In this document: positions 37,632 through 47,480 of the stretch, in pieces | How the letters are laid out: each line of letters starts with the position of its first letter | How positions within the stretch are numbered: position 1 is the first letter of the stretch | From: an uncultured Chloroflexia bacterium | GTDB lineage: Bacteria > Chloroflexota > Anaerolineae > Anaerolineales > E44-bin32 | Assembly: GCA_963709925.1 (NCBI GenBank) | Contig: CAVPYC010000003.1 | Location: forward strand, 42,061-106,060 | DNA: 64,000 nt | Direction: 5' to 3' | Program-made: the position numbers and the translations under genes | Notes under the pieces: model-generated | The model's input: only the letters and a program-made list of their open reading frames with translations | What the model was told of the DNA's origin: nothing | Database searches by the model: none

Positions 37632-38470
37632 TCACTCGACCCCACGCACCAGCCCGCCCGGCTGGCACGACCGGCAGAACGAGGTGATCCTCTGGTTGGC
37701 GGTGATCTCGGAGATGGTCGTGCTGCAGCGCGGGCACGGCTGGCCGCCGCGCAGGTGGACGGCGAAGAAATCGCGCGGCTTGAGGTGGACATCGTCGCCC
37801 ATCTCCCGGCGCACCTGCTTCGGTCGCCTCGGCCAGAGTCTGGCGCATGGCCTGGTAGAGGCGGTCGACCTCTTCGGGCGTCAGCCGGGTGCGCTTGCGG
37901 AACGGGTGCAGCCGGGCGTGCCACAGGATCTCGTCGGCATAGGCATTGCCGATCCCGGTGACGAAACGCCGAGCGGGTCAGGACGCCCTTGATCTCGCCG
38001 CGGTACGGCTTCAGCCCGGCCCGGAAGTCGTCGAGGGATATCTCCGACGCCTCCGGGCCCATCTGGTCGAAGGTGGGAATGCGGCGGGTGTCGCGGGTCA
38101 GGTACAGCTGGCCCATGCGCTTGCTGTCGACATAGCGCAGTTGCTCGTCCGGGTCGGCGAAGTGGAATGTCACGTGGACCGGGCCGGCCTTCTTGGCCGA
38201 CGGCGGGCCGAGCTGGAAACGTCCGGTCAGCTTGGGGTTGACCGCCAGGGTGAGGGGAGAGCGCGGGAACTCGAAGATCAGGAACTTGCCGCGCCGCCGG
38301 ACGGCGCCGAGGGTCAGCCCGGACAGGCCTGCGGCGAAACCCTCGCCGGTCAGGTCGCGCACCACGATCGGAGCGCCACGCGCCGCCAGGGTGACCGCCT
38401 CGATCCGCCGGCCGCCCAGCCGCCGTGTGAGCACCTCGGCCACCACCTCGAGTTCGGGGAGTTCGGGCAT
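37632..38470 (-). pseudogene. mutM: Formamidopyrimidine-DNA glycosylase, at least two frame breaks
   Basis: The N-terminus is MPELPELEVV. The middle reads GIGNAYADEILW in a shifted frame. The zinc finger CPRCSTTISEITANQRITSFCRSCQ is in ORF 37632..37814. Confidence 0.8.
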
Positions 38471-38479
38471 GGCGCGCGA

Positions 38480-38488
38480 AGTGTAGCA
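38480..38488 (-). promoter_or_regulatory. Extended -10 box TGCTACACT 9 nt upstream of the mutM ATG (leaderless-type)
   Basis: The reverse complement of agtgtagca is TGCTACACT, followed by tcgcgcgcc and then ATG (38470). No Shine-Dalgarno sequence is present. Confidence 0.45.
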
Positions 38489-38647
38489 TCGGACCTCTCG
38501 GCGATCGCGGAGCGCCCTCCGTCTGCGAAGCCAACACGCCCCCCGACCGCCCGGTTGGGCCGCAGGTTGCGCAGCCGAGCATTTTCGCTAAACTCGGCTG
38601 GAATACTCCCATCGGTCTTCCGATTGGTTGATCGTTTCCCACCCGAC

Positions 38648-41600
38648 ATGCCCGGAGACAGCCGCATAAATCCTTCTCGTCCGTCCGCCGCTCGCCTGAC
38701 TGCCTTCCTGTTCGTGCCGGTGCTGCTCCTGGGGAATCAGCCGCCGCTCGGAAACGCCGCCGAGCCGGCACCGCTGGCCGCCCCCAGCCTGGGCATCATC
38801 CCCGGCAGCGGCCCGGCCGGTCAGACCGTTACCGCCACGGGGTCGGGGTGGACCCAGGGGAACGCTCCCTACGCCATCTACTGGGAATTCAAGGGAGGGA
38901 CCCAATTGGGGACGTTCGCACCGAACGGATCGGGAAGCTGGTCTTCGTCGATCACGATCCCCGGTTCGGCCGGTGCCGGATCACACACCATCGTGGCCTG
39001 CGAAGGCTCCTTCGAATTCGAACAGTGCGCCAGCTCGTCTTACACCGTCGTCCCTCCAACACCGACGATCACGCCCACCCGGACCCGGACTCCCACCCTG
39101 CCGGCCGGGGTCACGCCGTATTTCCTGACACCGACCTTCACCACCACGCCCACTTCGGTCTCCGGCTGCATTGACGGCATCACCCGCATCTACCCCACCA
39201 ACAGCGACGACACCGGCGGGGTGGAGGCGGTTGACCTGGTCATGGAGGTGACGCTCGGCGACCCGGCCACCCGGGTGCGGATCTACACCAGCGTCTGGGT
39301 GGGCGGCACGCGGACGCGAGGAGGTCTTCACCCAGTGGCCCGACCCCCTCCCGGGCACGACGGTCGACGCCGTGCCGTCCCCGGTCGACTCCAACCGCTG
39401 GACGTTGACGGTTCGTGACTATCCCCTGAGGCTCGGCTACAACCAGATCAAGGTCGATCTCGACCCGACCTGCTGGCGGGGCCGCGTCACCTACTACCAG
39501 TTCAACAACGGCCGGGAGCCGACGCCCACCCCCCGGCCGGACGCCTGCGGCGGCCTGGGCTTGCCGACCGAGGCCGACGATCCTGAACTTCGATGGTCTT
39601 CGAGCCGGAGGGCTACTAGACGATCGTGGCCCGCGAGCACGGGGTCCGATTTGAAGCGGTCAATGCAACTGACCAAGTTCGCGGCGACGATCAACCCGCG
39701 TTCGTGCTTGCGCGCTGGGGCCAGCATCGAGGGCGATGGAGTTCGGCAGCGCCATGCTGCCGATCCGGATGGCCTTCGATCGCCCCCTGACCGCTCTGGG
39801 GGTGTTCGTCGGAATGCAGGAGGCCGTCTGGGTCAGCGGCGATGTCACCGCCGTGCTGGATGTGTACGGCTATCGCGGCGGCGCCGGCGATCTGGTGCGG
39901 CTGGGCGTCGACTCGACCACCTTCCCCGCCGGGCCCACCGACGTGATCCACTGCCTGCGCTTCGACGCCGGCGCCCGGCGACCTGATCGCCCGTGCCCAG
40001 GTGGAATACACCGACGCCACCGGGAACTCGATCGCCGAGCGCCGGATCATCGACGACCTGACCCTGGTCTTCGCCGACGCGGCGCTTCCGCCCGATCGAC
40101 CGCCGCTGGTCGAGATCACTTCGCCGGCCGACGGGTCGAGGGTGTCGGGCACGACCGTCTTCCTGAGGGCCAACATCCGGGAAGACCGCGAGTTGATCCG
40201 GGCCAACTACCAGATCGACGGCGGGCCGGAGACCGAACTCGGCGCCTCGCCCTCCACCACCGATCCGACCTCTTACTTCACCGGGGTCAACTTCAGCGCG
40301 GCGCTGCTCGAACGATGGCGCACCGCACCTGCTGACGATCAACGCCTACGACAGCGCCGGCCAGCTGGGCACCGACACCGTCACCATCACCGTCCCGACC
40401 CCGGTGCCGTCGCTCGACCTGCAGGCGGTCAAACTGGAGGTCGTGCAGGTGGTCCAGTGCCTCGACAACAGCCGCTGCGCCGACAATGCCGTGCCGATGC
40501 TCATCGGCAAGCCGACCTGGGTTCGTCTGTACGTGCGGGCCGAAGGCGGTCCGCCGTCGCGCCCGGTGTCGGGCCGGCTGTGCCGCGGCCGCGTGTCGCC
40601 CGTTGCGACTCCGGCATGGTCCTGCCGATGAACCGGATCTCGCCCGACGACGACGAAGACCCTTCGGTCGAAGATCGTGGCGATCTGGACGCCTCGCTGA
40701 ACTTCATCGTCCCGCCGGTCTGGCTGAGCGAAGGGACGCTCGAGTTGACGGCCTTCGTCAACTACGACGAAGCCGACGTCGACGAGATCCTCTACGACAA
40801 CAACGCCGTGCAGGCGGCCGTGCCGGTGGTTCGGCTCGCTCTCTGACGGTCATGTTCACAGCCGGTGACGGCTCGGCGGAATGACCGCGCCGCTTCTCGG
40901 AGATGTGGACCTTCGTCGACTGGCTGACGCGCGTCTTCCCGGTGGCGCGAATCACGCCGGTCGGCCGGCCGCCGCTGCGCGGAGATTTCGACCTGTCCGA
41001 TTCGAGCGGCGACGGCTGTGGCCGCACCTGGAGCCGGTTGATGGATGCCCTGCGCGGGGCTTACATCGTGGGGCGGGCCGGGCCAGGCCTACCTGTATGG
41101 GCATGGTGCCCGAGGGCGTGCCAACACCGACGGGGTCGGGGGCTGCGGAGAGACGCCCGGGACGGGTGTCCTCGGGGATCGTCGACCCCGGGCAGGCGTC
41201 GGCGGACCGACGATCGCCGCCCAGGAACTCGGCCACAACTTCGGTCGCCGCCATGCCACCTCCGGCTGCGACGCCGACGAACCCGGACGGCAGCTACCCG
41301 GTGCGGGATGGTCGTTCTGGATGACTGGGGAATCGACCTGGCGTTGCGCCAGATCTACCCGAAGTCGACCTCGAGCTACGACTACATGGGTTACTGCGGT
41401 AGGCCAGGACAACACCTGGACTTCGGTGTACACCTACCTGACGCTGCTGCGCGAGCTACCGGTGGCCGAGTGCGCCATCCGGTGGCGGCCAGCTGGCGGC
41501 GCCCTACCGCGCCGACGGCGAGCCGACGCTCGTCGGCGGGGGCACGATCTCCGCCGACGGTTTCACCCTCGAGCGCGGCTTCTACCGGGCGTCTCTGGCC

Positions 41601-42529
41601 GATGGGATCGAGGATGGCCTGCCTCTCGGGCCGTTCACGGTCGCAGCTCCTCGACGTTGCCGGCGGGATCCTCTACAGCCGCGACTTCAACGTGATCGAG
41701 CTCAGCAACCACGCACCCGACCGACGCCGGCCACTTCCAGATCATCCTGCCCGACCTTCCCGAGACCAGCGACGATCGTCTTCCTGCACAACCGGAGTCG
41801 AGATCGGCCGGGTGTCGGCCAGCGCCAACGCCCCGCAGGTGCAGATCGTCGAGCCGGCCGGCGGAGAAGACTGGGGCGCCTCGGGCACGCACACCATCGC
41901 CTGGCAGGCGAGCGACGCCGACGGGGACGCCCTGCGCTTCAACGTCCAGTACAGCGCCGACGGCGGGGCTTCGTGGGAGGCCATCGACTTCGACCTGCCC
42001 GGTGACACTTCGCTCTCCCTCGACTCGGCCGATCTGCCCGGCGGCAATCTCCTGTTCCGTGTGTTGGCCAGCGACGGTCTCAACAGCGCAATCAGCGCAA
42101 TGACCGCGCCGGTGACTGTCGGCAACAAGCCGCCGATGATGCACCTGGCCTCGCCGGTGGACGGCGACTGGCTGCCGGCCGGGCGAAGCCGCCGTCTTCC
42201 GCGGCTACGCCATCGACTTCGAGGACGTGATCGTCGAAGACGCGGCGTTCCGCTGGACCTCCAGCCTCGATGGCGATCTGGGCGGTGGTCCCACCCTGTG
42301 GGGCCTGCCGCTCTCCGTCGGGGAGCACCAGGTCACTTTGACGGTCACGGACAGCGACGGCCTGTCGGCCAGCCAGTCGGTGAACATCCGGGTCGGGGAC
42401 GAAGCCGGGGCGGCGCCGCGCTCGGCCGGCCTACTTGTGGTCGTCCTGATCCTGGCCGGGGGGCTGCTGCTGGCGGCCTCGGTCGGAGGCATCGTGTTCG
42501 TGATGCGACGCGGGCGGGAGGGAAGCTAG
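38648..42529 (+). pseudogene. Large secreted, C-terminally membrane-anchored zinc metalloprotease (HExxHxxGxxH) with Ig-like/adhesin-like modules; at least nine frame switches
   Basis: It has a signal peptide (ATG at 38648). The motif AAQELGHNFGRRHA is in ORF 41045..41695. Modules such as IVEPAGGEDWGASGTHTIAWQASDADGDALRFNVQYSADGG are present. The C-terminal TM anchor LLVVVLILAGGLLLAASVGGIVFV is in ORF 42227..42529. The pieces are spread over ORFs 37946, 39372, 39736, 40001, 40404, 40903, 41045 and 42227. Confidence 0.65.
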
Positions 42530-42577
42530 GGGTTCGGCCACCGGGCGACGCGGGTCCATGGTGGTCCCCCTCGAACC

Positions 42578-43243
42578 ATGCTATCGTTGACCGGCCAGGG
42601 CCCCTCTTCGAAGGACGCCGTGAGTCGGACCAACCTCAAGCCAAATCCCGGATGGATCGCCGTGGTCTCCGGCCTTCCCCGGTCGGGAACATCCCTGATG
42701 ATGGGCATGTTGCAGGCCGGGGGCTTGGTGATCCTGAGTGACGAGCAGCGACCGCCGGACGCCAGCAACCCGCGGGGTTACTTCGAACTGGAGGCCGTGA
42801 AATCTCTTCCCGAAGAAACCTCCTGGTTGCGCGACGCCTCCGGCAAGGCTGTCAAGGTACAGGCCTACCTGCTTCCCCTTCTGCCCTCGGGGTTTGAGTA
42901 CCGGGTGATCTTCCTGCAGCGCGATCCGGTTGAGATCGCCGCTTCCCAGGACCAGATGCTGCGCCGGCGACGACAGAGCGGGACGCTTAGGGAAGAAACC
43001 CCGGTCGATCTGACAGCGCGCCATTTGGCCGCGACGCTCGCCTGGCTAGCGCTGAGCGGACTCCGATCGATGCGCGTTGACTACGCCCGCCTGGTGGCAA
43101 GCCCGCTGGCCGACGCGCACCGGGTCAACGCGTTCCTGGATCGATCGCTCGACGTGGCGGCCATGCGCCGGGTGGTCGATCCCGGCCTGTATCGCCAGCG
43201 CAGACCGGCGCCAGCTTGGGAAGCACCTCCTCCGAGAGCCTAG
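42578..43243 (+). CDS. Sulfotransferase family protein
   Basis: The 5'-PSB loop is VVSGLPRSGTSLM, and RVIFLQRDPVEIAASQ is the 3'-PB-like segment. The start is uncertain; an in-frame GTG near 42620 is also possible. Confidence 0.75.
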   Translation: MLSLTGQGPSSKDAVSRTNLKPNPGWIAVVSGLPRSGTSLMMGMLQAGGLVILSDEQRPPDASNPRGYFELEAVKSLPEETSWLRDASGKAVKVQAYLLPLLPSGFEYRVIFLQRDPVEIAASQDQMLRRRRQSGTLREETPVDLTARHLAATLAWLALSGLRSMRVDYARLVASPLADAHRVNAFLDRSLDVAAMRRVVDPGLYRQRRPAPAWEAPPPRA

Positions 43244-43245
43244 CC

Positions 43246-43425
43246 ATGTATGTAGACCCGAACACCGGCGGTCTCCTGTTCCAGTTGCTGGCCGGCGCCT
43301 TCGCCGCCGTGTCGGCCTTCGTCTTGATCTTCTCCCGCAGGTTGCGAGAGATCCTGGCGAGATTGCAGCGGGCATGGCGCGAGCGGTCTGGCGGAGACGA
43401 CACCGACTCGGCTTCTGGGCCTTGA
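43246..43425 (+). CDS. Small single-pass membrane peptide, possibly the frame-shifted N-terminal anchor of the next gene
   Basis: MYVDPNTGGLLFQLLAGAFAAVSAFVLIFSRRLREILARLQRAWRER. The ATG lies 2 nt after the sulfotransferase stop. The ORF overlaps the next one by about 50 nt. Confidence 0.4.
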   Translation: MYVDPNTGGLLFQLLAGAFAAVSAFVLIFSRRLREILARLQRAWRERSGGDDTDSASGP

Positions 43426-45278
43426 CTCCCGCGGGCTCGCCTCGTAGGCCTTCCGCCGTCCTGCTCGGGCTTGACGCCTTCGACCCCCGCGTCTTCGAGG
43501 AACAGGCGTTGGCTGGTCGGCTGCCGCACCTGGAGGAATTGCTCGAGTCCGGAGGTTATGCCCGGCTGGAGGTAGCCAACCCGCCGCAGAGCGAGGTCTC
43601 GTGGACCAGCCTGGCCAGCGGGCTGAATCCGGGCGAGTTTGGTCTGTTCGATTTCGTTCATCGCTCCCCGCAGTCGTACACGGTCTTCCCGTCGCTCCTG
43701 ACCACGGCCCGTCACTGGTTCGGAACCCGGTTCGAGCCGCCCCATCGCGCCTACACTCTGTTTGATCACGTCGTCGACAGGGGGTTCCCGGCCGTTCGCC
43801 TCTGGTGGCCGGCCACGTTCCCTCCCGATCAGGCCAGTCCGGTCCGCACCCTGACGGGTCTGGGGACTCCCGACGTGTTCGGTCGGCTGGGGGCGGGCGT
43901 CTTTCTGGGGATCGAAGCGCCCGGCGACCCGTCCGATTTCAAGACCCGGTTGGGCTCTCTCGATCACGCCGGCCGCGATCGATACCGGGGCGTACTTCCG
44001 GGTCCGTGGAAGAAGACTGGAACCGACCCGATGGCCTCCGAGATCGAAGTCGAACTAGAAGTCCATGGGGAGACCCAGGCGCGGCTGCGTGTCGGCGAAG
44101 TCCGCCTCGATCTGCCGGCGGAAACGTGGAGCCCGATCCTCGAACTTCGGTTCCCGATGCGCTTCGGCGCCGTGGTGCACACGGTCACCAGGGCCATCGT
44201 CCGCCTGGCGGGGTGCCCCGGGGTCTACTTCCTGCCGCTTCAGATCCATCCGGCGCGGCCGGTCTGGCCGGTCGCCGGGCCGAGCTCGTTCGGCCGGGAA
44301 ATCTGGCGCCGGCATGGCCCGTTCCTGTCTCTGGGTTGGCCGCAGGACACGACAGGGCTGGAGGAAGGTTTCTTAACCTCCGACCAATTCCTACACCTGT
44401 GTGAGTTGATCTTTGAATTCCGCCGACGGCTGCTGCTGGCCGAACTTGACCGCTTCGACGACGGAGTCCTCGGGGCGGTGTTCGACTCCCTGGACCGAAT
44501 TCAGCACATGTTCTGGCGCGACAGGCAGGACATCGTTGCAGACTGGTACCGGAAGTACGATTCCCTGGTGGGGGAGTTGCGCCCCCGCCTCGCACGACGC
44601 CGCGGAACGAGACTGCTGGTGATGTCGGATCATGGCTTCAACGACTTCGACACCAAGGTGGACGTCAATCGCTGGCTGCTTGAACAGGGCGACCTGGTTG
44701 CGGAAACGGCCGGCGCCGGGTCGCTGCGGCAGGTGGATTGGGATCACACCTCGGCCTACAGCCTGGGGCTGAACAGCCTGTACCTCAACCAGCAGGGCAG
44801 GGAGGGGAGGGGGTGCATCGCGCCGGACCGACGCCAGCCGCTGTTGGAGGGGCTCCGCCGCCGCCTGCTCGATTGGGTCGATCCCACCGGACGCCGGGTG
44901 TTGAGCAGCGTGTGGCTGTCGGAGGAGACGTTCCGGGGGCGGCATGTGGACCGTGGCCCCGACATGGTGCTGGGCTTCGGCCCCGGGTTTCGTGCCTCGG
45001 CCGAGAACGGCCTGGGAGAATGGTCGGCCGACGCGCTCCGTCCCAACCATGACCGCTGGTCGGGCGACCACTGCATCGATCCGCAATGGGTGCCTGGAGT
45101 CCTTTTCAGCTCGGAGCCGCTGTGGGATTGCCCTTCCCCGTCATACCGTGATGTGCCGCAACTGGCGGTCGGGTTGACTCCCGACGCCGAGCGCGGCGGC
45201 GTGCCGCCCTCCCCGGAATTGACCCACGAAGACCGGGAAACGCTGGAGGCCCGACTGCGTGAACTCGGCTACCTCTAG
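43374..45278 (+). CDS. Alkaline-phosphatase-superfamily protein (type I phosphodiesterase / nucleotide pyrophosphatase-like)
   Basis: VLLGLDAFDP, PPQSEVSWTSLASGLNPGEFG and LLVMSDHGF are present. The start is ambiguous: either the ATG at 43374 or a fusion to 43246. Confidence 0.75.
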   Translation: MARAVWRRRHRLGFWALTPAGSPRRPSAVLLGLDAFDPRVFEEQALAGRLPHLEELLESGGYARLEVANPPQSEVSWTSLASGLNPGEFGLFDFVHRSPQSYTVFPSLLTTARHWFGTRFEPPHRAYTLFDHVVDRGFPAVRLWWPATFPPDQASPVRTLTGLGTPDVFGRLGAGVFLGIEAPGDPSDFKTRLGSLDHAGRDRYRGVLPGPWKKTGTDPMASEIEVELEVHGETQARLRVGEVRLDLPAETWSPILELRFPMRFGAVVHTVTRAIVRLAGCPGVYFLPLQIHPARPVWPVAGPSSFGREIWRRHGPFLSLGWPQDTTGLEEGFLTSDQFLHLCELIFEFRRRLLLAELDRFDDGVLGAVFDSLDRIQHMFWRDRQDIVADWYRKYDSLVGELRPRLARRRGTRLLVMSDHGFNDFDTKVDVNRWLLEQGDLVAETAGAGSLRQVDWDHTSAYSLGLNSLYLNQQGREGRGCIAPDRRQPLLEGLRRRLLDWVDPTGRRVLSSVWLSEETFRGRHVDRGPDMVLGFGPGFRASAENGLGEWSADALRPNHDRWSGDHCIDPQWVPGVLFSSEPLWDCPSPSYRDVPQLAVGLTPDAERGGVPPSPELTHEDRETLEARLRELGYL

Positions 45279-45813
45279 AACACCACCCGACCTGGCCGCC
45301 GAGTTGAAGTCCAGTCTCAGCGTGGTTGCCGTAGGGGTGAATCTGTGGGCGATCCTCACCTTTTTGCGCTACATCCCGTCACTCGTTCTCCGCCTGACGA
45401 CGTCGGAGGTGATCGGTGTCGCCGGGTACGTCCTGGCTGTGGCTCTTCTGGAGGCCGTACTCTTGTCTTCGCCCATCGTCGTGATCGCTCTTGTTCTCCG
45501 CGCTCTCGGGCGTCAGGCTCACCTGGGGATCTACACGGCCGGAGTCGCGGTCAGTCTGCTCCTTTCCTACCTGCCCTGTACACACGACTGGCCGCTGGCC
45601 GGGGACTGCCGGTCCGACTGGCCTGCGCTCAGCCTGGTGCTCCTGCTGTCCTGGATCGGGCTGGTTCGATTGGGACTTCGCTGGTTCCCCGCCTGGGTGG
45701 GAAAAGTCAGCGCCAGCGTGGCTCGATTGACGCCGCTAGCGCTCTTGTATCTGGCGATCGACTTGTCGGCCGTCGTGGTCGTCGCCGTGCGGCTGGCGAC
45801 GGGGCTGGGCTGA
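45259..45813 (+). CDS. Polytopic membrane protein of unknown function (4-5 predicted helices)
   Basis: Hydrophobic segments include VVAVGVNLWAILTFL, IGVAGYVLAVALLEAVLL, IYTAGVAVSLLLSYL, ALSLVLLLSWIGLV and LALLYLAIDLSAVVVVAV. Its stop lies 1 nt before the next ATG. Confidence 0.5.
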   Translation: MNSATSRTPPDLAAELKSSLSVVAVGVNLWAILTFLRYIPSLVLRLTTSEVIGVAGYVLAVALLEAVLLSSPIVVIALVLRALGRQAHLGIYTAGVAVSLLLSYLPCTHDWPLAGDCRSDWPALSLVLLLSWIGLVRLGLRWFPAWVGKVSASVARLTPLALLYLAIDLSAVVVVAVRLATGLG

Positions 45814-45814
45814 G

Positions 45815-47365
45815 ATGCCGCGCGGTACTGGACGTCTCTCGCGACGCGGGTTCCTCCGGCTGGGCGCGGCGGCTGCGGCTGTGCCGCTGGCTGGTCGCTG
45901 GCTGACCTGGCCCGCGGGATCCCGTGCCGACGCCGGGGCGCCACAGCGGCCCAACTTCCTGGTAGTGGTGTTCGACACTCTCTCGGCGGCGCACCTGTCG
46001 CTGTACGGGTATCGACGTCGAACAACCCCATTTCTGGAGCGCTTCGCGCGGCGCGCCACCGTCTTTCATCATCACACCGCCGCCGGCAACTTCACCACCC
46101 CGTCGACGGCCTCCCTGTTCACCGGTGTGTACCCCTGGGAGCATCGCGCCCTGCACCTGTACGGCTCGCTGACGGGTGAGTACCTGGGAAAGAATCTGTT
46201 CACGGCGTTCCACCCGGCCTACACCACCACGGTCTTTACCCACAATGAACTGGTAGAAGTCCTGTTTCATCAGATGCGAGCCAGCCTGAGCCGGTGGACT
46301 CCGGCCGGAGCCTTGTCCCTGGATTCCACTGCTCGGTTGGCGGAGCTCAAGCACGACCGTAACGTCGCCGTCTGGGCGGAAGGGATCGTGCGGGGGCGGT
46401 TTGAGCAGCCGCAGAGTTCGTTCTTCCTTTCCGACCTGCTCGGCGCGGTTGAACGGCGCAGGCGGGATGCGCTGGCCGCCGCGTGGAGGCAGGAGTATCC
46501 ACGCGGTCTTCCGGAAAGCGTGAATTACGCCTTCCGACTCGAAGACACCATGACCTGGATTCCCCAGGAACTGAGGGCCACGCCAGCGCCGTTTCTCGCC
46601 TACCTGCACCTGTATCCGCCGCACGCCCCCTACGCCGCCAGCCGCGAGTTCGTCGATCGCTTCGACGACGGTTGGGCGCCGGAGCCCAAGCCCGAGCACT
46701 TCTTCAGCTCCGGCATCCCGGATGCCGGTCAGGCAGTGCGGCGGAGGGAGTACGATGAGTACATCGCCCAGGTCGATGCGGCCTTCGGGCAACTCGTCGA
46801 CCGACTCGAGGTCGAAGGCCTGCTGGACCACACGTATCTGATCCTGACATCCGATCATGGGGAGATGTTCGAGCGCGGAGTCTTTCAGCACCACACGGAA
46901 ACCATGTACCAGCCGCTGTTACACGTGCCGCTGCTGATCGCCGCCCCGGGCCAGCGGTCTCGGAAAGACGTGATCCAGCCGACCTCGACGGTGGATCTAC
47001 TGCCGACTCTGACGAGTCTGGCCGGCTTACCGGCCCCCGGCTGGGCCCAGGGAAGAATTCTCCCGGGCGTCGGAGCGGACGAGGCCGACGGTGAGCCGCC
47101 GGTTTTCTCGCTGGAAGCCAAGTACAGCTCGAAGTGGGCGCGCCTAGCCCAGGCGACCGCGGTCGCGAGGGTCGGTCGTTACAAGGTCTGCCAGTACATT
47201 GGTTATCAGGGCTACCGGGATGAAATCGAGGTGTACGACCTCGACAGCGATCCGGAGGAGAGGGACAACCTGGCCCAGGCCCGGGGAGGCCTCGCCACTG
47301 ACCTGCGGCTGGTGCTGCGGGACCGCCTGGCCGGACATGTCGCGGCCGACAGCCTGGACGACTGA
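45815..47365 (+). CDS. Sulfatase-fold (PF00884-like) hydrolase/transferase with a Tat signal and a Thr in place of the formylglycine Cys/Ser
   Basis: The Tat motif is SRRGFLRLGAAAAA. NFLVVVFDTLSA is present. The active-site segment reads NFTTPSTASLFTG where sulfatases have C/SxPSRxxxxTG. LILTSDHGE is also present. Confidence 0.75.
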   Translation: MPRGTGRLSRRGFLRLGAAAAAVPLAGRWLTWPAGSRADAGAPQRPNFLVVVFDTLSAAHLSLYGYRRRTTPFLERFARRATVFHHHTAAGNFTTPSTASLFTGVYPWEHRALHLYGSLTGEYLGKNLFTAFHPAYTTTVFTHNELVEVLFHQMRASLSRWTPAGALSLDSTARLAELKHDRNVAVWAEGIVRGRFEQPQSSFFLSDLLGAVERRRRDALAAAWRQEYPRGLPESVNYAFRLEDTMTWIPQELRATPAPFLAYLHLYPPHAPYAASREFVDRFDDGWAPEPKPEHFFSSGIPDAGQAVRRREYDEYIAQVDAAFGQLVDRLEVEGLLDHTYLILTSDHGEMFERGVFQHHTETMYQPLLHVPLLIAAPGQRSRKDVIQPTSTVDLLPTLTSLAGLPAPGWAQGRILPGVGADEADGEPPVFSLEAKYSSKWARLAQATAVARVGRYKVCQYIGYQGYRDEIEVYDLDSDPEERDNLAQARGGLATDLRLVLRDRLAGHVAADSLDD

Positions 47366-47480
47366 GTCTCGCGGCTGTAGATCGTACGGTGGCCCGATCG
47401 TCTGCGACATCACGGATGTCCGCAAGATCCGGCGCCAATAGCCTAGGGGACAGGAATCCCCCGTTCGCCCGGGAACTCGG

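Noticed and set aside
42571-42579. TGCTATCGT as another extended -10 box at the sulfotransferase start.
   Set aside because: It overlaps the annotated ATG itself, and its hexamer (TATCGT) is weak. Accepting it would require moving the start to an in-frame GTG about 40 nt downstream. This cannot be resolved without transcription start data.
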